From a virus, in the IMG/VR virus record IMGVR_UViG_3300021959_007960, positions 91,387 to 155,386 of that record: DNA of 64,000 nt, one strand, 5' to 3'. A program made the position numbers and the translations under genes. Numbering within the stretch: position 1 is the first letter of the stretch; every line of letters begins with the position of its first letter. This document shows positions 10,320 to 20,846 of the stretch, piece by piece. Under the pieces are notes generated by a model, which was not told where the DNA came from, did no database searches, and worked only from the letters and a program-made list of their open reading frames with translations.

Positions 10320-11038
10320 TAAAACTGACCTCCGTTTACGTCTAATGTAGTGCCTGCTATATAAGAGGCAGCACTTGAACACAAAAATAATATAGGTATT
10401 GCTTGTTCTTTTGTAGAAGCTATTCTTTTAACAGGTATAGATTGTTCTAATTTGTGTCTTTGACTGTCTGACATTGACTCTTTTAACATTTGGGTCATTG
10501 TTTGGCTAGGACAAACAGAATTCACCAATATATTAAATTGAGAAACTTCATTAGCTAATTGTTTTGTTAAACCTATAACACCATACTTGCTGGCAGTGTA
10601 ATGAACGCCACTAACAATGCTTTTATTTCTCCCTGCAATAGAAGAAACATTAACAATTCTACCGTAGTTAAAACGCTTCATTAGTTTTACAGACTCTTTA
10701 CAAATAATGAAGAAAGACTTTAAGTTTACAGACATAAGCCTGTCCCATTCTTCTGTACTAATATTTTCTATTGGCTCACATAGGTTAGTACCGGCAACAT
10801 TAATTACAAAATCTAATCTATCAAACTGCTTGAATACATTGCAGATTTCAGATTCTTTAGATATGTCACATTCTATAAAGTTTAAATTTGTTATCAAAGG
10901 ATTAGTTCTAGATATACAATATACTTTTGCATTGCATTGTAAAAATTGTTCACAAACTTCCTTACCAATACCTTTACTTCCTCCAAATACTAGTACTATT
11001 TTATCTTTAAAATCAAACTTAATATCATTCATACACAT
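10319..11038 (-). CDS. Short-chain dehydrogenase/reductase
   Basis: GGSKGIG, NVAG, NVSS, YTASK, VNGG. Confidence 0.9.
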   Translation of the reverse strand: MCMNDIKFDFKDKIVLVFGGSKGIGKEVCEQFLQCNAKVYCISRTNPLITNLNFIECDISKESEICNVFKQFDRLDFVINVAGTNLCEPIENISTEEWDRLMSVNLKSFFIICKESVKLMKRFNYGRIVNVSSIAGRNKSIVSGVHYTASKYGVIGLTKQLANEVSQFNILVNSVCPSQTMTQMLKESMSDSQRHKLEQSIPVKRIASTKEQAIPILFLCSSAASYIAGTTLDVNGGQF

Positions 11039-11444
11039 GATTTACATCCGGTCTTGTTATAGCATACCTAACGCCAGGTTTATTTCCTATACATTTAATA
11101 TGATGCCATGTGTTTTTAGGCACCACAATAATGTCATTGGTTTTAACAACTTTAGTACCAATACCTTCTATCCACCACTCCCATTCTCCATCTAATATAA
11201 CCCAGTTTTCATCGGCATCTGGATGAAAATGTTTTCTGTTCCCTTCACCGGGATGCTGCTGTATAACAACACCTCCAAACAAATCATTATAAGCTATCCT
11301 CGCAGCCCACGAACCCATACCCAGATCCGAACGCAGTTGTTCTAAATTAACTGTGCTACAGTTTTCGTATTTGACAAGTTCAGATACGGGAACACCATCG
11401 TTTTTTAATACATTATTTAAATTGCTATCAGAATTTTTACTCAT
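11025..11444 (-). CDS. Cupin-domain protein
   Basis: HFHPDADENWVILDGE...VPKNTWH. Confidence 0.85.
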   Translation of the reverse strand: MSKNSDSNLNNVLKNDGVPVSELVKYENCSTVNLEQLRSDLGMGSWAARIAYNDLFGGVVIQQHPGEGNRKHFHPDADENWVILDGEWEWWIEGIGTKVVKTNDIIVVPKNTWHHIKCIGNKPGVRYAITRPDVNHVYE

Positions 11445-13300
11445 TATCTAGTCTCGTTTTGTAATTTAGGTAACTGTAAGAAATTTTTAATTCTATTTTT
11501 TACGCTTTCAGATACAATTTTATCTGCCACTTCTTTGTCTAATTGAAATCTGGGGTCTTTCACCAGTACATTGACACAGTGCATCATTTGTGACATTTGA
11601 TCATGTAAAATATGGTCTGGGCCAAAAGGAGTTCCTGACTTACCGTAAGTGTCAGTATATTCATTGTGATATTTTTCTGTGTCGTTTTGCGGTATACCTG
11701 TATTATAGAAGTCTAAACCGAAAATAGCAAGTTTTTTTATAGGATATCTCAAGATCATATTAATTGATCCGTAGCCTGAGTTAAAATTTTCCGAGTATTG
11801 TGTTTGTCTATTATTATCAAAAGTTTCTACATGTTTTTTAGGATATATTTCCCAATATAAAGCCCACCTATCCCAAGTACCGTCATTATTATGCAGATGT
11901 ACAAAAGGAATATCCAGTTCTTTAAATTGTTGTTCATAAACTTCATCAACACAAGCCCAGTCACCATTACTTTTAGGTTGACTACTAGTGTCGTTACAGA
12001 TAATAAACTTTGGTCTTTTGTCTTTATCAATAGTTTTTAAATATTGAATCAAAGGAGGGCCATAATTAAGATTTAAACAACTCTGAATAATATCAGTTCT
12101 AGAACCATAATCGTCTGTATTAGGGATACCGTGTTGAATCCTAATAACTACATCATAACTATCAATGATCGAGCCTTTATTTTGCCCTAGAAGATAGGGT
12201 GCTGGCCCAACTATAGCTACAGTTTTATCTTGTAAATATGATAATAGTTCTTGATTGATGTTTGAGGCTTTATAAAATAAAGAGTCTCCATTGTTTTTTT
12301 GATATAAATCAACACATTCAGAAGTTGTTATCAGTCCATGCTCTGTTTCTTTACTTATCTTTTTAGCAATACTAATCCAAGGATTATTTGTGGTTTTAAG
12401 ATCGCTAAATGTTATTTCATTTAGTATATCTTTTATATCTCTTTTTCCTACTGGAGAGACATGATCAAATGCATCATGATTTAAATCAAAAGTATGATTG
12501 AAAATATCTTTATTAAAATAATTCACATCTCTTGCAGATTTTACAGGGGCTATGTGATTATTTGTATATTGTGATTGATATACTGATTTAACTAGAAAAG
12601 CATTATTTTTATCTTGTTCTGTAGGCGCATGACTATATACAAGGTTAGCTGGCTTGAATGCTGGCTTTAGCCAATTCCACATTGTATGCATATGTTTATC
12701 GCCCATTTGATTGTGTGGAGTATTTACGTTAACGCTACCATTTTCATAAATCATTTTATGGCTACAAACAACATGTTGCATAAATGCTATTTCTAAAATA
12801 TTAAAAAAATGACAAGCCTCAACACCTCCTCCAAATTTTGTTAGCATAGGGAAAAACCAACCAAGTAATGACTTATGTACAATTTTTAAACCACAATGAC
12901 TAAATGGTAAAATTGAATAATCAAAACTATTGAAATACTTTTCATTCGTGGCAAATGGAGTTTCTAAGCCCACCTTACCGGGATAATAAGTGAGAACAGC
13001 AGGGTTATATAAGTCTAAATCCTCCAGCATTTGATTTAAAACATTGTTTTCTCTTTGTGGTTTTAGAACATAGTCATAATCTATAAATGCATAATAGTCA
13101 TATTCTTTAGGAACTTTTTCTGCTAAAATATTTCTAGTATCTGTCCATGTAGTATTGGGACAAAACTGTAATGCTTCTGAATTTTCAGCATCGTGTGTTA
13201 CAAAGAAGAAGTCACAGTTATCTTTATTTTGGAAATAAGACACATGATCTGTGTTAGGTTTATGTGGTGTGACTTGTAACACACATAATCTTTTGCTCAT
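11444..13300 (-). CDS. Two-domain glycosyltransferase: N-terminal GT-A-like, C-terminal sialyltransferase (GT29-like)
   Basis: YYAFIDYD DxD motif; C-terminal VAIVGPA...GSIIDSYDVVIRI...YGSRTD (sialylmotif L-like), NSG, IFGLDFY, H. Confidence 0.65.
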   Translation of the reverse strand: MSKRLCVLQVTPHKPNTDHVSYFQNKDNCDFFFVTHDAENSEALQFCPNTTWTDTRNILAEKVPKEYDYYAFIDYDYVLKPQRENNVLNQMLEDLDLYNPAVLTYYPGKVGLETPFATNEKYFNSFDYSILPFSHCGLKIVHKSLLGWFFPMLTKFGGGVEACHFFNILEIAFMQHVVCSHKMIYENGSVNVNTPHNQMGDKHMHTMWNWLKPAFKPANLVYSHAPTEQDKNNAFLVKSVYQSQYTNNHIAPVKSARDVNYFNKDIFNHTFDLNHDAFDHVSPVGKRDIKDILNEITFSDLKTTNNPWISIAKKISKETEHGLITTSECVDLYQKNNGDSLFYKASNINQELLSYLQDKTVAIVGPAPYLLGQNKGSIIDSYDVVIRIQHGIPNTDDYGSRTDIIQSCLNLNYGPPLIQYLKTIDKDKRPKFIICNDTSSQPKSNGDWACVDEVYEQQFKELDIPFVHLHNNDGTWDRWALYWEIYPKKHVETFDNNRQTQYSENFNSGYGSINMILRYPIKKLAIFGLDFYNTGIPQNDTEKYHNEYTDTYGKSGTPFGPDHILHDQMSQMMHCVNVLVKDPRFQLDKEVADKIVSESVKNRIKNFLQLPKLQNETR

Positions 13301-14268
13301 AGTTCTTGCTCCCATCTTTGTATCATCTCGTCTATCATACTGTCAAAAGTATATTCTGGTTGCCAACCTAAAACCTCTCTAGATTTTGTAGAATCTCCTT
13401 TAAGGTATCTCAATTCTTCTGGCCTCATATATTTTGGATTTTGAACCACAAACTCCTTGTAGTCCATACCAAGTTTATTAAATACTACTTCGCACAACTC
13501 TCTAACAGAATGGCTTTCTCCTGTTGATATAATAAAATCATCTGGGATTTTATGGTTGATTATCATGTGCATTGCTCTGACATAATCTTTTGAATGGCCC
13601 CAATCTCTAGAAGAATCCATATTCCCTAATTCTAGCTTGTTTTCTAATCCTTTTTTAATGGCAACTGCTGTTTTTATTACTTTATTAGTAACAAAATTAG
13701 AACCTCTTCTGGGTGATTCATGATTAAATAAAATACCATTACACGCATGTAGACCATAGGCATGTCTATAGTGTCTAATCAAATTGTATCCCAGTACTTT
13801 AGAACATCCATAAGGACTGACGGGGTTCATAGGAGTCGTGAGTCTTTGCACCCCATCATCATCTACAGAATTACCAAACATTTCAGAAGATGAGGCTTGA
13901 TAAAATTTAGCATTTGGACATAGAGCTTTGTATATTTCCAACATATTCAAAACGCCCAAAGCATTGGTCTGAATAGTATAGGAAGGCATGTCAAAACTAA
14001 TCCTAACGTGACTCATGGCTCCTAAGTTATATATCTCATCTGGTGAAACTTCAGAAACAATTCTGACCAGAGAAGGATAGTCAGTTAAATCTCCGTAGTG
14101 AGTATGACTATTAGAATTAATATTATGTTTAGCTAATCTATAATTTTGATTTTCTGCTACAGAGTGCCTTCTTACGATACCATGAACTTCATATCCTAAT
14201 GATAAAAGGTATTCTGTAAGATAGCTTCCGTCTTGTCCGTTGATACCAGTTATTAGTGCTTTTTTCAC
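13297..14268 (-). CDS. gmd: GDP-mannose 4,6-dehydratase
   Basis: ALITGINGQDGSYL, SHVRISF, QASSSEMFG, SPYGCSK, GILFNHESPRRG, RDWGH. Confidence 0.95.
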   Translation of the reverse strand: MKKALITGINGQDGSYLTEYLLSLGYEVHGIVRRHSVAENQNYRLAKHNINSNSHTHYGDLTDYPSLVRIVSEVSPDEIYNLGAMSHVRISFDMPSYTIQTNALGVLNMLEIYKALCPNAKFYQASSSEMFGNSVDDDGVQRLTTPMNPVSPYGCSKVLGYNLIRHYRHAYGLHACNGILFNHESPRRGSNFVTNKVIKTAVAIKKGLENKLELGNMDSSRDWGHSKDYVRAMHMIINHKIPDDFIISTGESHSVRELCEVVFNKLGMDYKEFVVQNPKYMRPEELRYLKGDSTKSREVLGWQPEYTFDSMIDEMIQRWEQEL

Positions 14269-14864
14269 TTAAAAATCTCCATTTGTGTTAAATCAGGCCA
14301 ATCTAAGACTTGCCATTTTCTAGGTTTTCTTTTGATGGCTTCAGGTAATTTTTGTATGCCCATGTTTGCTGTTTCTGGAGTCATATAATAATGATAACCC
14401 ATAGTATTAATATTTTGCTCTCTCCAAGGAGTATTCGGTAGTCTTCCATCGTATGACATTTTTTTGAGAGTCTCATAACTGTCCTGACTATCTGTTAATA
14501 TCATACCTCCTCTGCCTAAACTCAAATGTTTTTGAAACTGAAAACTTAAACACATAAAAGTATTCTTTATATAACTATTAGCTTTCCAGTTTACTGCTGC
14601 ATCTATAATATTTGTATTCCCTAAAAAATAATAGTATTGCCAATTTAAATCCTGCCAAGAAAAAGTTATTTGTAATTTATTAGCCAGCATAGGTATCGAA
14701 ATGTACGTCCTCTTTGGGACGGAGTAATGCAAAGTATTTGTATGTCTGAGACATAATTCTATACCATGAGTACAACAATCTACAGCAACAGCATATGGAG
14801 ACCCATAAAAATCTGCAATTTTTTCTTCAAAGATTTGTACAGAGTTAAAACTCACTTTATACAC
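14265..14864 (-). CDS. Short DegT/DnrJ-family PLP aminotransferase
   Basis: AVAVDCCT, IIDAA, CLSFQFQKHL..GRGGMILTD, GYHYYMTPE. Confidence 0.8.
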   Translation of the reverse strand: MYKVSFNSVQIFEEKIADFYGSPYAVAVDCCTHGIELCLRHTNTLHYSVPKRTYISIPMLANKLQITFSWQDLNWQYYYFLGNTNIIDAAVNWKANSYIKNTFMCLSFQFQKHLSLGRGGMILTDSQDSYETLKKMSYDGRLPNTPWREQNINTMGYHYYMTPETANMGIQKLPEAIKRKPRKWQVLDWPDLTQMEIFK

Positions 14865-15394
14865 TCCAAGTTTAGGCTAAGTAGTTTTCCATTCTCTTTA
14901 TCCATGTGGGGTAAATATGCTTGAGAATGATCATCAAAATTTGCATGGTCTGTTCTTCTCCAATCGTAAAGATGTATATTTTTAAAATTTAAATCATACA
15001 ACAAGGACGATAATGAGTGTAAGTCGTAAACTGTTTTATGGTATATTGTTTCTTTACCCATAGTCATTTTGCCATATAAAGGCCCAAGAAATTTATGTAA
15101 ATCGTATGTTTTATTTAAATATAAGTGAGCAATCTGTCTAAAATCAGGAACAGAAAGCCTTAAAACTCCACTTGTAACCAAAACTCTTTGCCACTCTAGT
15201 AAAACATTCTTTACCTCTTCTCTATCAAAATACTCAATTACATGAGAAGCATAAATTAAATCGACTGAATTATCTTTAAATTGTTCTAGGTTTGTTATAG
15301 AACTATAATCTAAATGTTCATAATCACCAGAATCAATATGAATCCAATCTGTCCCAAAATTTCTCCAGCCACATCCCATATTTATTTTAATCAT
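14852..15394 (-). CDS. Class I SAM-dependent methyltransferase
   Basis: INMGCG, VDLIYASHVIEY, RVLVTSGVLRLSVPD. Confidence 0.85.
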   Translation of the reverse strand: MIKINMGCGWRNFGTDWIHIDSGDYEHLDYSSITNLEQFKDNSVDLIYASHVIEYFDREEVKNVLLEWQRVLVTSGVLRLSVPDFRQIAHLYLNKTYDLHKFLGPLYGKMTMGKETIYHKTVYDLHSLSSLLYDLNFKNIHLYDWRRTDHANFDDHSQAYLPHMDKENGKLLSLNLECIK

Positions 15395-15803
15395 CTATAA
15401 ACCTTTTATCTAATGCTTGTCCTTCGTATGGGCCTGTCTTATATTCATATATAATAGTATCATCTTCTAGTATTTCATAATTATGTCCACCTTCTAGAGT
15501 AAAACTAGCATCACCTTTTTCTAATATGTGTTCTGCTATAATAGTATTATCAATATCATAAAAGATACCTTTAACTTTACCCTGAATGATAACCCAAGAT
15601 TCTTGTGCTATTTGTTTGTTATAATGTCTTTCTTTTTTTATATGATAATGTGGAGCAAAAGTTTTGCCTTTACTATGTTTAAAGTATGAACATTGTAAAA
15701 AATTATTTTCAGGAATTATATCGACTCTTTTTTGAGTCGCCTCAGAATTATTTATTATATGAAGCAGAAGGTTTGGATTAATCTTAGAATATATTTTTAT
15801 CAT
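15387..15803 (-). CDS. Cupin, sugar isomerase/WbuC-like
   Basis: PHYH, QESWVIIQG, GGH, EYKTGPY. Confidence 0.75.
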   Translation of the reverse strand: MIKIYSKINPNLLLHIINNSEATQKRVDIIPENNFLQCSYFKHSKGKTFAPHYHIKKERHYNKQIAQESWVIIQGKVKGIFYDIDNTIIAEHILEKGDASFTLEGGHNYEILEDDTIIYEYKTGPYEGQALDKRFIDD

Positions 15804-16486
15804 TTGACAGCCTCTTCTAGACTTTGCTTTTTAAAACATTCCAGTGTAGATATGGGGCTACAATTAATAACTTCAATATTATTTTCCTTGGCTAAATGAG
15901 AAAAATGATTCCAAGTGGGTTTATGAAATGTTTGTCCTCTAGGCACATTGTATTTATCTCCTTTTTGTTGATAATCGTCAAACCAATAATTGGGATTTTT
16001 ATCAGGAGTTCTTGTCATTTGTAGTCCTCCACCATGAGGTGCAGAACCATCTACATATTCAACATAATTACAATCTACTCCAATCAATATAATCTTTTTG
16101 TATCCTAAACACATACCTACAGAACAAGCGTTAGCACCACTATTTCCGTTATCTGTAAAACATTTGAAATCTTCTACAGACTTATTTACTTTATTAGTTG
16201 ATCCATATGTTTGTAAATTTATGTGTGTAAAATTTTCTGCATTGGCAATAGGATGTATATAAAAATGTCTCTTTACTTTACCGCTATTTATTAGATTTAC
16301 AAAATTATTTTCATGACAGTCTGTAACCAAATGATCAAAACACCCATGATATGTAGGATACCAATTTAGTTTTTCATAGGCTCTGTAAGCTGAATTTAAA
16401 CCAAACGTATCACATTCTTTCAACAAATCCCAATCTATATCTTTTAAAGATGGGCCATTACCCATAACAACTAATGTGTTGTTCAT
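15800..16486 (-). CDS. MAF_flag10/DUF115-like (sialyltransferase-fold) protein
   Basis: VMGNGPSL, FGLN, GYKKIILIGVD, NCS. Confidence 0.7.
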   Translation of the reverse strand: MNNTLVVMGNGPSLKDIDWDLLKECDTFGLNSAYRAYEKLNWYPTYHGCFDHLVTDCHENNFVNLINSGKVKRHFYIHPIANAENFTHINLQTYGSTNKVNKSVEDFKCFTDNGNSGANACSVGMCLGYKKIILIGVDCNYVEYVDGSAPHGGGLQMTRTPDKNPNYWFDDYQQKGDKYNVPRGQTFHKPTWNHFSHLAKENNIEVINCSPISTLECFKKQSLEEAVK

Positions 16487-17334
16487 ATTGTCTCCCAGAA
16501 AAATTTAGTTCTACTTTTTAAATAATTAATAATTTCATTTTTACCTTTACTAAACCATTCTTCATCCTTATGTTGTACGTTATCGTTTAAAATTAATTCA
16601 CAGCCTAACAATTTAGCCTCAATAGTTACTCTGGGGCATGTATCGAATTGTGTAGGTGTAAAAATTAATCCTTTAGATTCAGAGAATTTTTTTAGCATTT
16701 CATCGTGAGTTAGATTGGCAAACAATTCAAATTCTAAACCTTCTGTATTTGCCAATTCTATTGCCTGTGGGGTTCCTTTGAGTATGTGTGAATGATTTTG
16801 TATTAAATACTTATTATTTTTCTTAGAACAATCCAGAGTATTTATTTTATTGAATATCTCATCTCCTAGTGTGGAACTTAACACAAAACTGTTTTTAATT
16901 TGTTTTAAAACAGGAAAAGCATTTTCTATCCATTGTTTTTGTTGTTCAGACATCCACCATACACTTTTTGCTAGTGAAAAAAACAAAGATATTAGTTGTC
17001 CTCTTGTTGTCTTTTCGCAGCACTGACCGTATTGTTTTTTATGTAGCTTAGGTATTCTGACTATACAGTATTTATAATCGTACTCTATAACAGAATATTC
17101 TATTCTTTGAGCCAAAAAATATATCATAGTGTCTGGATTAAGATTGAAAAAATTACCAAATATCCACTTATGAGTTTTATGCTGATCAATAAATTCTATA
17201 GTTAATTCTGTACTTTTAATTTTTGTTACATTTGTATTATGTGGAGCCTCATTTATAATTGCTTCTGTAGTTAATTCTGCTCCCCCAAGCCAATCCTGAA
17301 CAAAAGCATCTGAAACAAAAACTATATTAGTCAT
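16483..17334 (-). CDS. Glycosyltransferase (GT-B)
   Basis: GGAELT, KG, DTCPRVTIEAKLLGC. Confidence 0.75.
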   Translation of the reverse strand: MTNIVFVSDAFVQDWLGGAELTTEAIINEAPHNTNVTKIKSTELTIEFIDQHKTHKWIFGNFFNLNPDTMIYFLAQRIEYSVIEYDYKYCIVRIPKLHKKQYGQCCEKTTRGQLISLFFSLAKSVWWMSEQQKQWIENAFPVLKQIKNSFVLSSTLGDEIFNKINTLDCSKKNNKYLIQNHSHILKGTPQAIELANTEGLEFELFANLTHDEMLKKFSESKGLIFTPTQFDTCPRVTIEAKLLGCELILNDNVQHKDEEWFSKGKNEIINYLKSRTKFFWETI

Positions 17335-17872
17335 TTAAAAAATACCATCTATTTAAGGAGTCTATGTTAGCGCTAGTGTTAATATGATATAAGTATGATA
17401 TGATACCGTCCCATGTATCAAAAAATAATTCGTGTGGAATAGTACCAAAAAGCCAATCTGGACAATTATGTTTACCTTGTTGTATATGAACTATAATAGG
17501 TTTCTTTTGTCTATTGGCAAGAAAAATTTCTTCCAAAGTTCCACAGGGATGAGTATCTGTATCTAGATGTACAATTAAGAAATCACTTATATCAACGAGC
17601 CTTAAATCAACTGCTCTAATGGTTTTCATTATTTCAGTTAGCTGGTCGTATTTTTTAGCGAGTTTTAAGGTTTGCTTGACTTTATGTGTTTCTTCATTTT
17701 CTAAACCTATAGCCCCTGGTTTTTTAATGGGATCAAACACATTAATCTCTAATGTTTTTAAAACAGGAGTAATATGTTCTCTCCATCCCATTCCTCTATC
17801 TGGGACTCTATCCATAGCGCCAGCTAAATATACACGCTGTCCTTTAAGTCTATTAGTCACGGGTATAACCAC
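17327..17872 (-). CDS. Nucleoside 2-deoxyribosyltransferase-like protein
   Basis: VYLAGAMD, VFDP, DLRLVDISD, GTLEEI, KPIIV. Confidence 0.75.
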   Translation of the reverse strand: MVIPVTNRLKGQRVYLAGAMDRVPDRGMGWREHITPVLKTLEINVFDPIKKPGAIGLENEETHKVKQTLKLAKKYDQLTEIMKTIRAVDLRLVDISDFLIVHLDTDTHPCGTLEEIFLANRQKKPIIVHIQQGKHNCPDWLFGTIPHELFFDTWDGIISYLYHINTSANIDSLNRWYFLND

Positions 17873-17919
17873 CGATAAAGCTAACTACCATAATAAATAG
17901 TAAAAAAATATAATAATCA

Positions 17920-18444
17920 CTACGCATAAATAGTCACCTCCATACCTTGCCAACAATCTTTGATCAAATCAGATATTGTAGACCACTTACCTCCAAACAG
18001 ACTATCGACACCTATATCTTGTTTACTGCAATGAATTTGAACATCTTTATCAACTTTTTTCTTTAAGTTTATAGAGATATTTCTAATATCTAACATACAT
18101 TTAACTAGATGGGCATAGTTTATATGTCTTCTATGTCTTTGGTGTTTAGCTGTAAACATTTTACAGAAATAAATATTATTATTTTTAAAACTACCAGCTT
18201 TAATCAAACTACTTTGACCTAGTTTTTTCTTACCTTCATATTCTAATGCTCTTAACGAAGGAAATATTTCACTAGCATCTCTTAACAATCCTACTGTTTT
18301 AATTTTAGAAACATTACAACATACTGGCACAATAATATCACACTCTTTAGTGATGTCAGCAGCTATATTTCTAATATTATTTAATATATATTCTTCAGAA
18401 ACAGAATACGGCAGTAAAGACTGCATTACCATTTTTTTATTGGA
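17920..18444 (-). CDS. Divergent macrodomain-like protein
   Basis: IIVPVCCN, LG, IYFCKMF, INYAHLVKCM, IHC..IG...GGKWSTISDLI. Confidence 0.5.
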   Translation of the reverse strand, partial: SNKKMVMQSLLPYSVSEEYILNNIRNIAADITKECDIIVPVCCNVSKIKTVGLLRDASEIFPSLRALEYEGKKKLGQSSLIKAGSFKNNNIYFCKMFTAKHQRHRRHINYAHLVKCMLDIRNISINLKKKVDKDVQIHCSKQDIGVDSLFGGKWSTISDLIKDCWQGMEVTIYA

Positions 18445-18698
18445 CATTTTTGATCCTTCCAAGCTAATTTATTCATAAAAATTTTCTTATCTGACAATCC
18501 ACAACCACAGCGATCACAAGTCGCTTTTATTTCGGGCCTGTCTTTAGTATCAGAGACAAAACTGAAATATTGACATCCTGTACATATACTGTATCTATGA
18601 TTAATGAGTTTTTGAGAACTCTTTTTCATTCCTGTTTTGATATGATGGTATAATGCTCTAATGAAATTTTTGATTTTTTGAGTAGTAGATATACTCAT
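18426..18698 (-). CDS. Small Cys-rich Zn-binding protein
   Basis: RYSICTGC...CDRCGC...KLAW..QKCPIKKW. Confidence 0.7.
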   Translation of the reverse strand: MSISTTQKIKNFIRALYHHIKTGMKKSSQKLINHRYSICTGCQYFSFVSDTKDRPEIKATCDRCGCGLSDKKIFMNKLAWKDQKCPIKKW

Positions 18699-18871
18699 TG
18701 TCTAATTCCTCTTCCTGAATATGTCTTTTCCTTTGTTTAAAATTTTGATTCTTTTTCTTTTCAGTATCAAAATCAATATTATATTGTTGCTTTTTTTTCT
18801 TTTTATTTTTTAAGTGATTACCCATTGAATTTTAAACCTCTACTATGATTATAACACAATTAGGAAGCGTG

Positions 18872-19768
18872 TCAAGAAAGTATGGGTGTAATAATACCTC
18901 TAGACTGATATGTTTTAAAAATATGTTCTGGTTTTAAACTATATTTGGAAAAATGCTCAATATAATCATATTTAGTTAATTTTCTTTTCTTATAAGCTAG
19001 TAACAATGCAGCACACCCTGCCGCAAATGGATTCGCCATGCTAGTTCCTGTCATATTTGCATAGCTATTATCGGGAACACAACTAATAACATCTTCTCCC
19101 GGTGCTAAAAAGTCTAGTTCACTTCCATTACTGCAACTAAATCTAGAAATTTTAAAGTTATTACTAATAGAACCAATAGAAATAGTATCTGTATATTTTG
19201 CTGGATAAGACAGTTCTTTACTTTGTCCACTATTACCGGCAGCACAAAACAAAGCACAACCTTTATCTACTGCATAATTTATACATTGTCTTAATACAAG
19301 AGAACCAACAGGGGTTCCCAGAGACATCGTTATAATATCAGCACCATTGTCAGCAGCATACAAAATTGCTTCTCCAATATCTTTTATATTTCCTGATCCA
19401 TTATCCCCCAAACTTTTTAAAGGCATAATTTTACATTTAGGAGCCACTCCTACTATTCCCTTTTTATTATTACGAGCAGCAATCGTACCCGCAACATGAG
19501 AACCATGACCATTACGATCTACAGGGGCTTTGTTTCTTTCGCAAAAATTATAACCATCTACCAAACTTTCTTGCAAATCTGGATGATCCAAATCACAACC
19601 AGTATCTATAACAGCAACTACGACTCCTTCTCCCTGTGACTTTGACCATTCTTCCTGAACATTAAATTTAGATATAGACCAAGGAATTACTTGTTGATTA
19701 TTATAATTTAAACCATAGATATTTTGACGAATAAATGGTAGTAGTTTACATTTCTGTCTTGACAACAT
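18872..19768 (-). CDS. Subtilisin-like S8 serine protease
   Basis: VAVIDTG, GHGSHVAG, AAGN, GTSMANP. Confidence 0.95.
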   Translation of the reverse strand: MLSRQKCKLLPFIRQNIYGLNYNNQQVIPWSISKFNVQEEWSKSQGEGVVVAVIDTGCDLDHPDLQESLVDGYNFCERNKAPVDRNGHGSHVAGTIAARNNKKGIVGVAPKCKIMPLKSLGDNGSGNIKDIGEAILYAADNGADIITMSLGTPVGSLVLRQCINYAVDKGCALFCAAGNSGQSKELSYPAKYTDTISIGSISNNFKISRFSCSNGSELDFLAPGEDVISCVPDNSYANMTGTSMANPFAAGCAALLLAYKKRKLTKYDYIEHFSKYSLKPEHIFKTYQSRGIITPILS

Positions 19769-20513
19769 GCTTTTGTATCCATTCTAAATAAGGGTATATT
19801 TCTGTAAAAGAACCTTTATCTCCATAACTAGAATCTGCTTTGCCATCCATGCCTATAATGCAAGAGGTTATACCAGCTAAAGCACCTTTAACAAATAAAC
19901 CACCACCACTGTCTCCAGTGTTAGGTAGCCACTCTAGGCTGGTTTTTGTGTGGTCTTTAGACCCTGTGACTAGTACACAATCGTTACGTCTATCTGAAAT
20001 AATATTAGAACCACCTCTTATTTTATCATCTAATATTTTATCTTTACTTTGAATACCAGTTAACATACTTCCAAAAAAACCAAACCCAGCCATTGAACAG
20101 GTATCTCCTATTTTTATTTTTTGTTTGTATAATTTAGGTTCTGTAATATCATCTCCAAATCCTTGCTTGCAAAAACCTAAAGCAATATCGCATTTATGTT
20201 CTTTCATATCAAAATCTTTGTGAATGATAAATTTATCAATAAAATAAGCATTACCATTATGTAGAACCTTAATGCTATCAACCTGTCTGCCTTCTGGTAT
20301 GTGTCCGGCAGTTATTATCCAATGTTTATTTAGAATAACGCAAGAAGCAAAACCATATACTGTACCATCTTTTTCTTTAGTTGTGGTAACTAATTGCTTA
20401 ACGCAATAAAATTTTTTACCAAAGTCTAAATATTTTGATTCAGAAACATCATGTCTCATACTACCTGCTAATGCAGATGAAGTTAAACATAATATTAAAA
20501 GTAAGGTTTTCAT
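19746..20513 (-). CDS. Secreted trypsin-like S1 serine protease
   Basis: Signal peptide MKTLLLILCLTSSALA; ITAGH, DIAL, GDSGGG. Confidence 0.9.
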   Translation of the reverse strand: MKTLLLILCLTSSALAGSMRHDVSESKYLDFGKKFYCVKQLVTTTKEKDGTVYGFASCVILNKHWIITAGHIPEGRQVDSIKVLHNGNAYFIDKFIIHKDFDMKEHKCDIALGFCKQGFGDDITEPKLYKQKIKIGDTCSMAGFGFFGSMLTGIQSKDKILDDKIRGGSNIISDRRNDCVLVTGSKDHTKTSLEWLPNTGDSGGGLFVKGALAGITSCIIGMDGKADSSYGDKGSFTEIYPYLEWIQKHVVKTEM

Positions 20514-20824
20514 GGTCTTGCCTTTAATTTCTTATAATAAATATCGCAATCCTGAACAACATCAACATTCCAGCTTTTCCAATATTTTAAATGTCCAAAC
20601 ATTATATGACAAGGATCAGCACATAATGTAATTAAATTGTCAGGCTGTAATTCTAGTTCTGGATATTTATGAACTGGTAGTATGTGGTGGACTTCCAATT
20701 TGTCTGTTTTCCCACATGCTACACAGCAAGGTTGTTTTTTAAGGTGTTCTTTTCTAACTTTTGACCAACTAGAAGAACGCCTAGCGCATCTAACAGGAAT
20801 AAAATTAAAAATAGAAAATGTCAT
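20510..20824 (-). CDS. HNH endonuclease
   Basis: CVACG..LEVHHI.P....NLITLC..CH. Confidence 0.85.
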   Translation of the reverse strand: MTFSIFNFIPVRCARRSSSWSKVRKEHLKKQPCCVACGKTDKLEVHHILPVHKYPELELQPDNLITLCADPCHIMFGHLKYWKSWNVDVVQDCDIYYKKLKARP

Positions 20825-20846
20825 AATAATATTAATACACCGAAAA

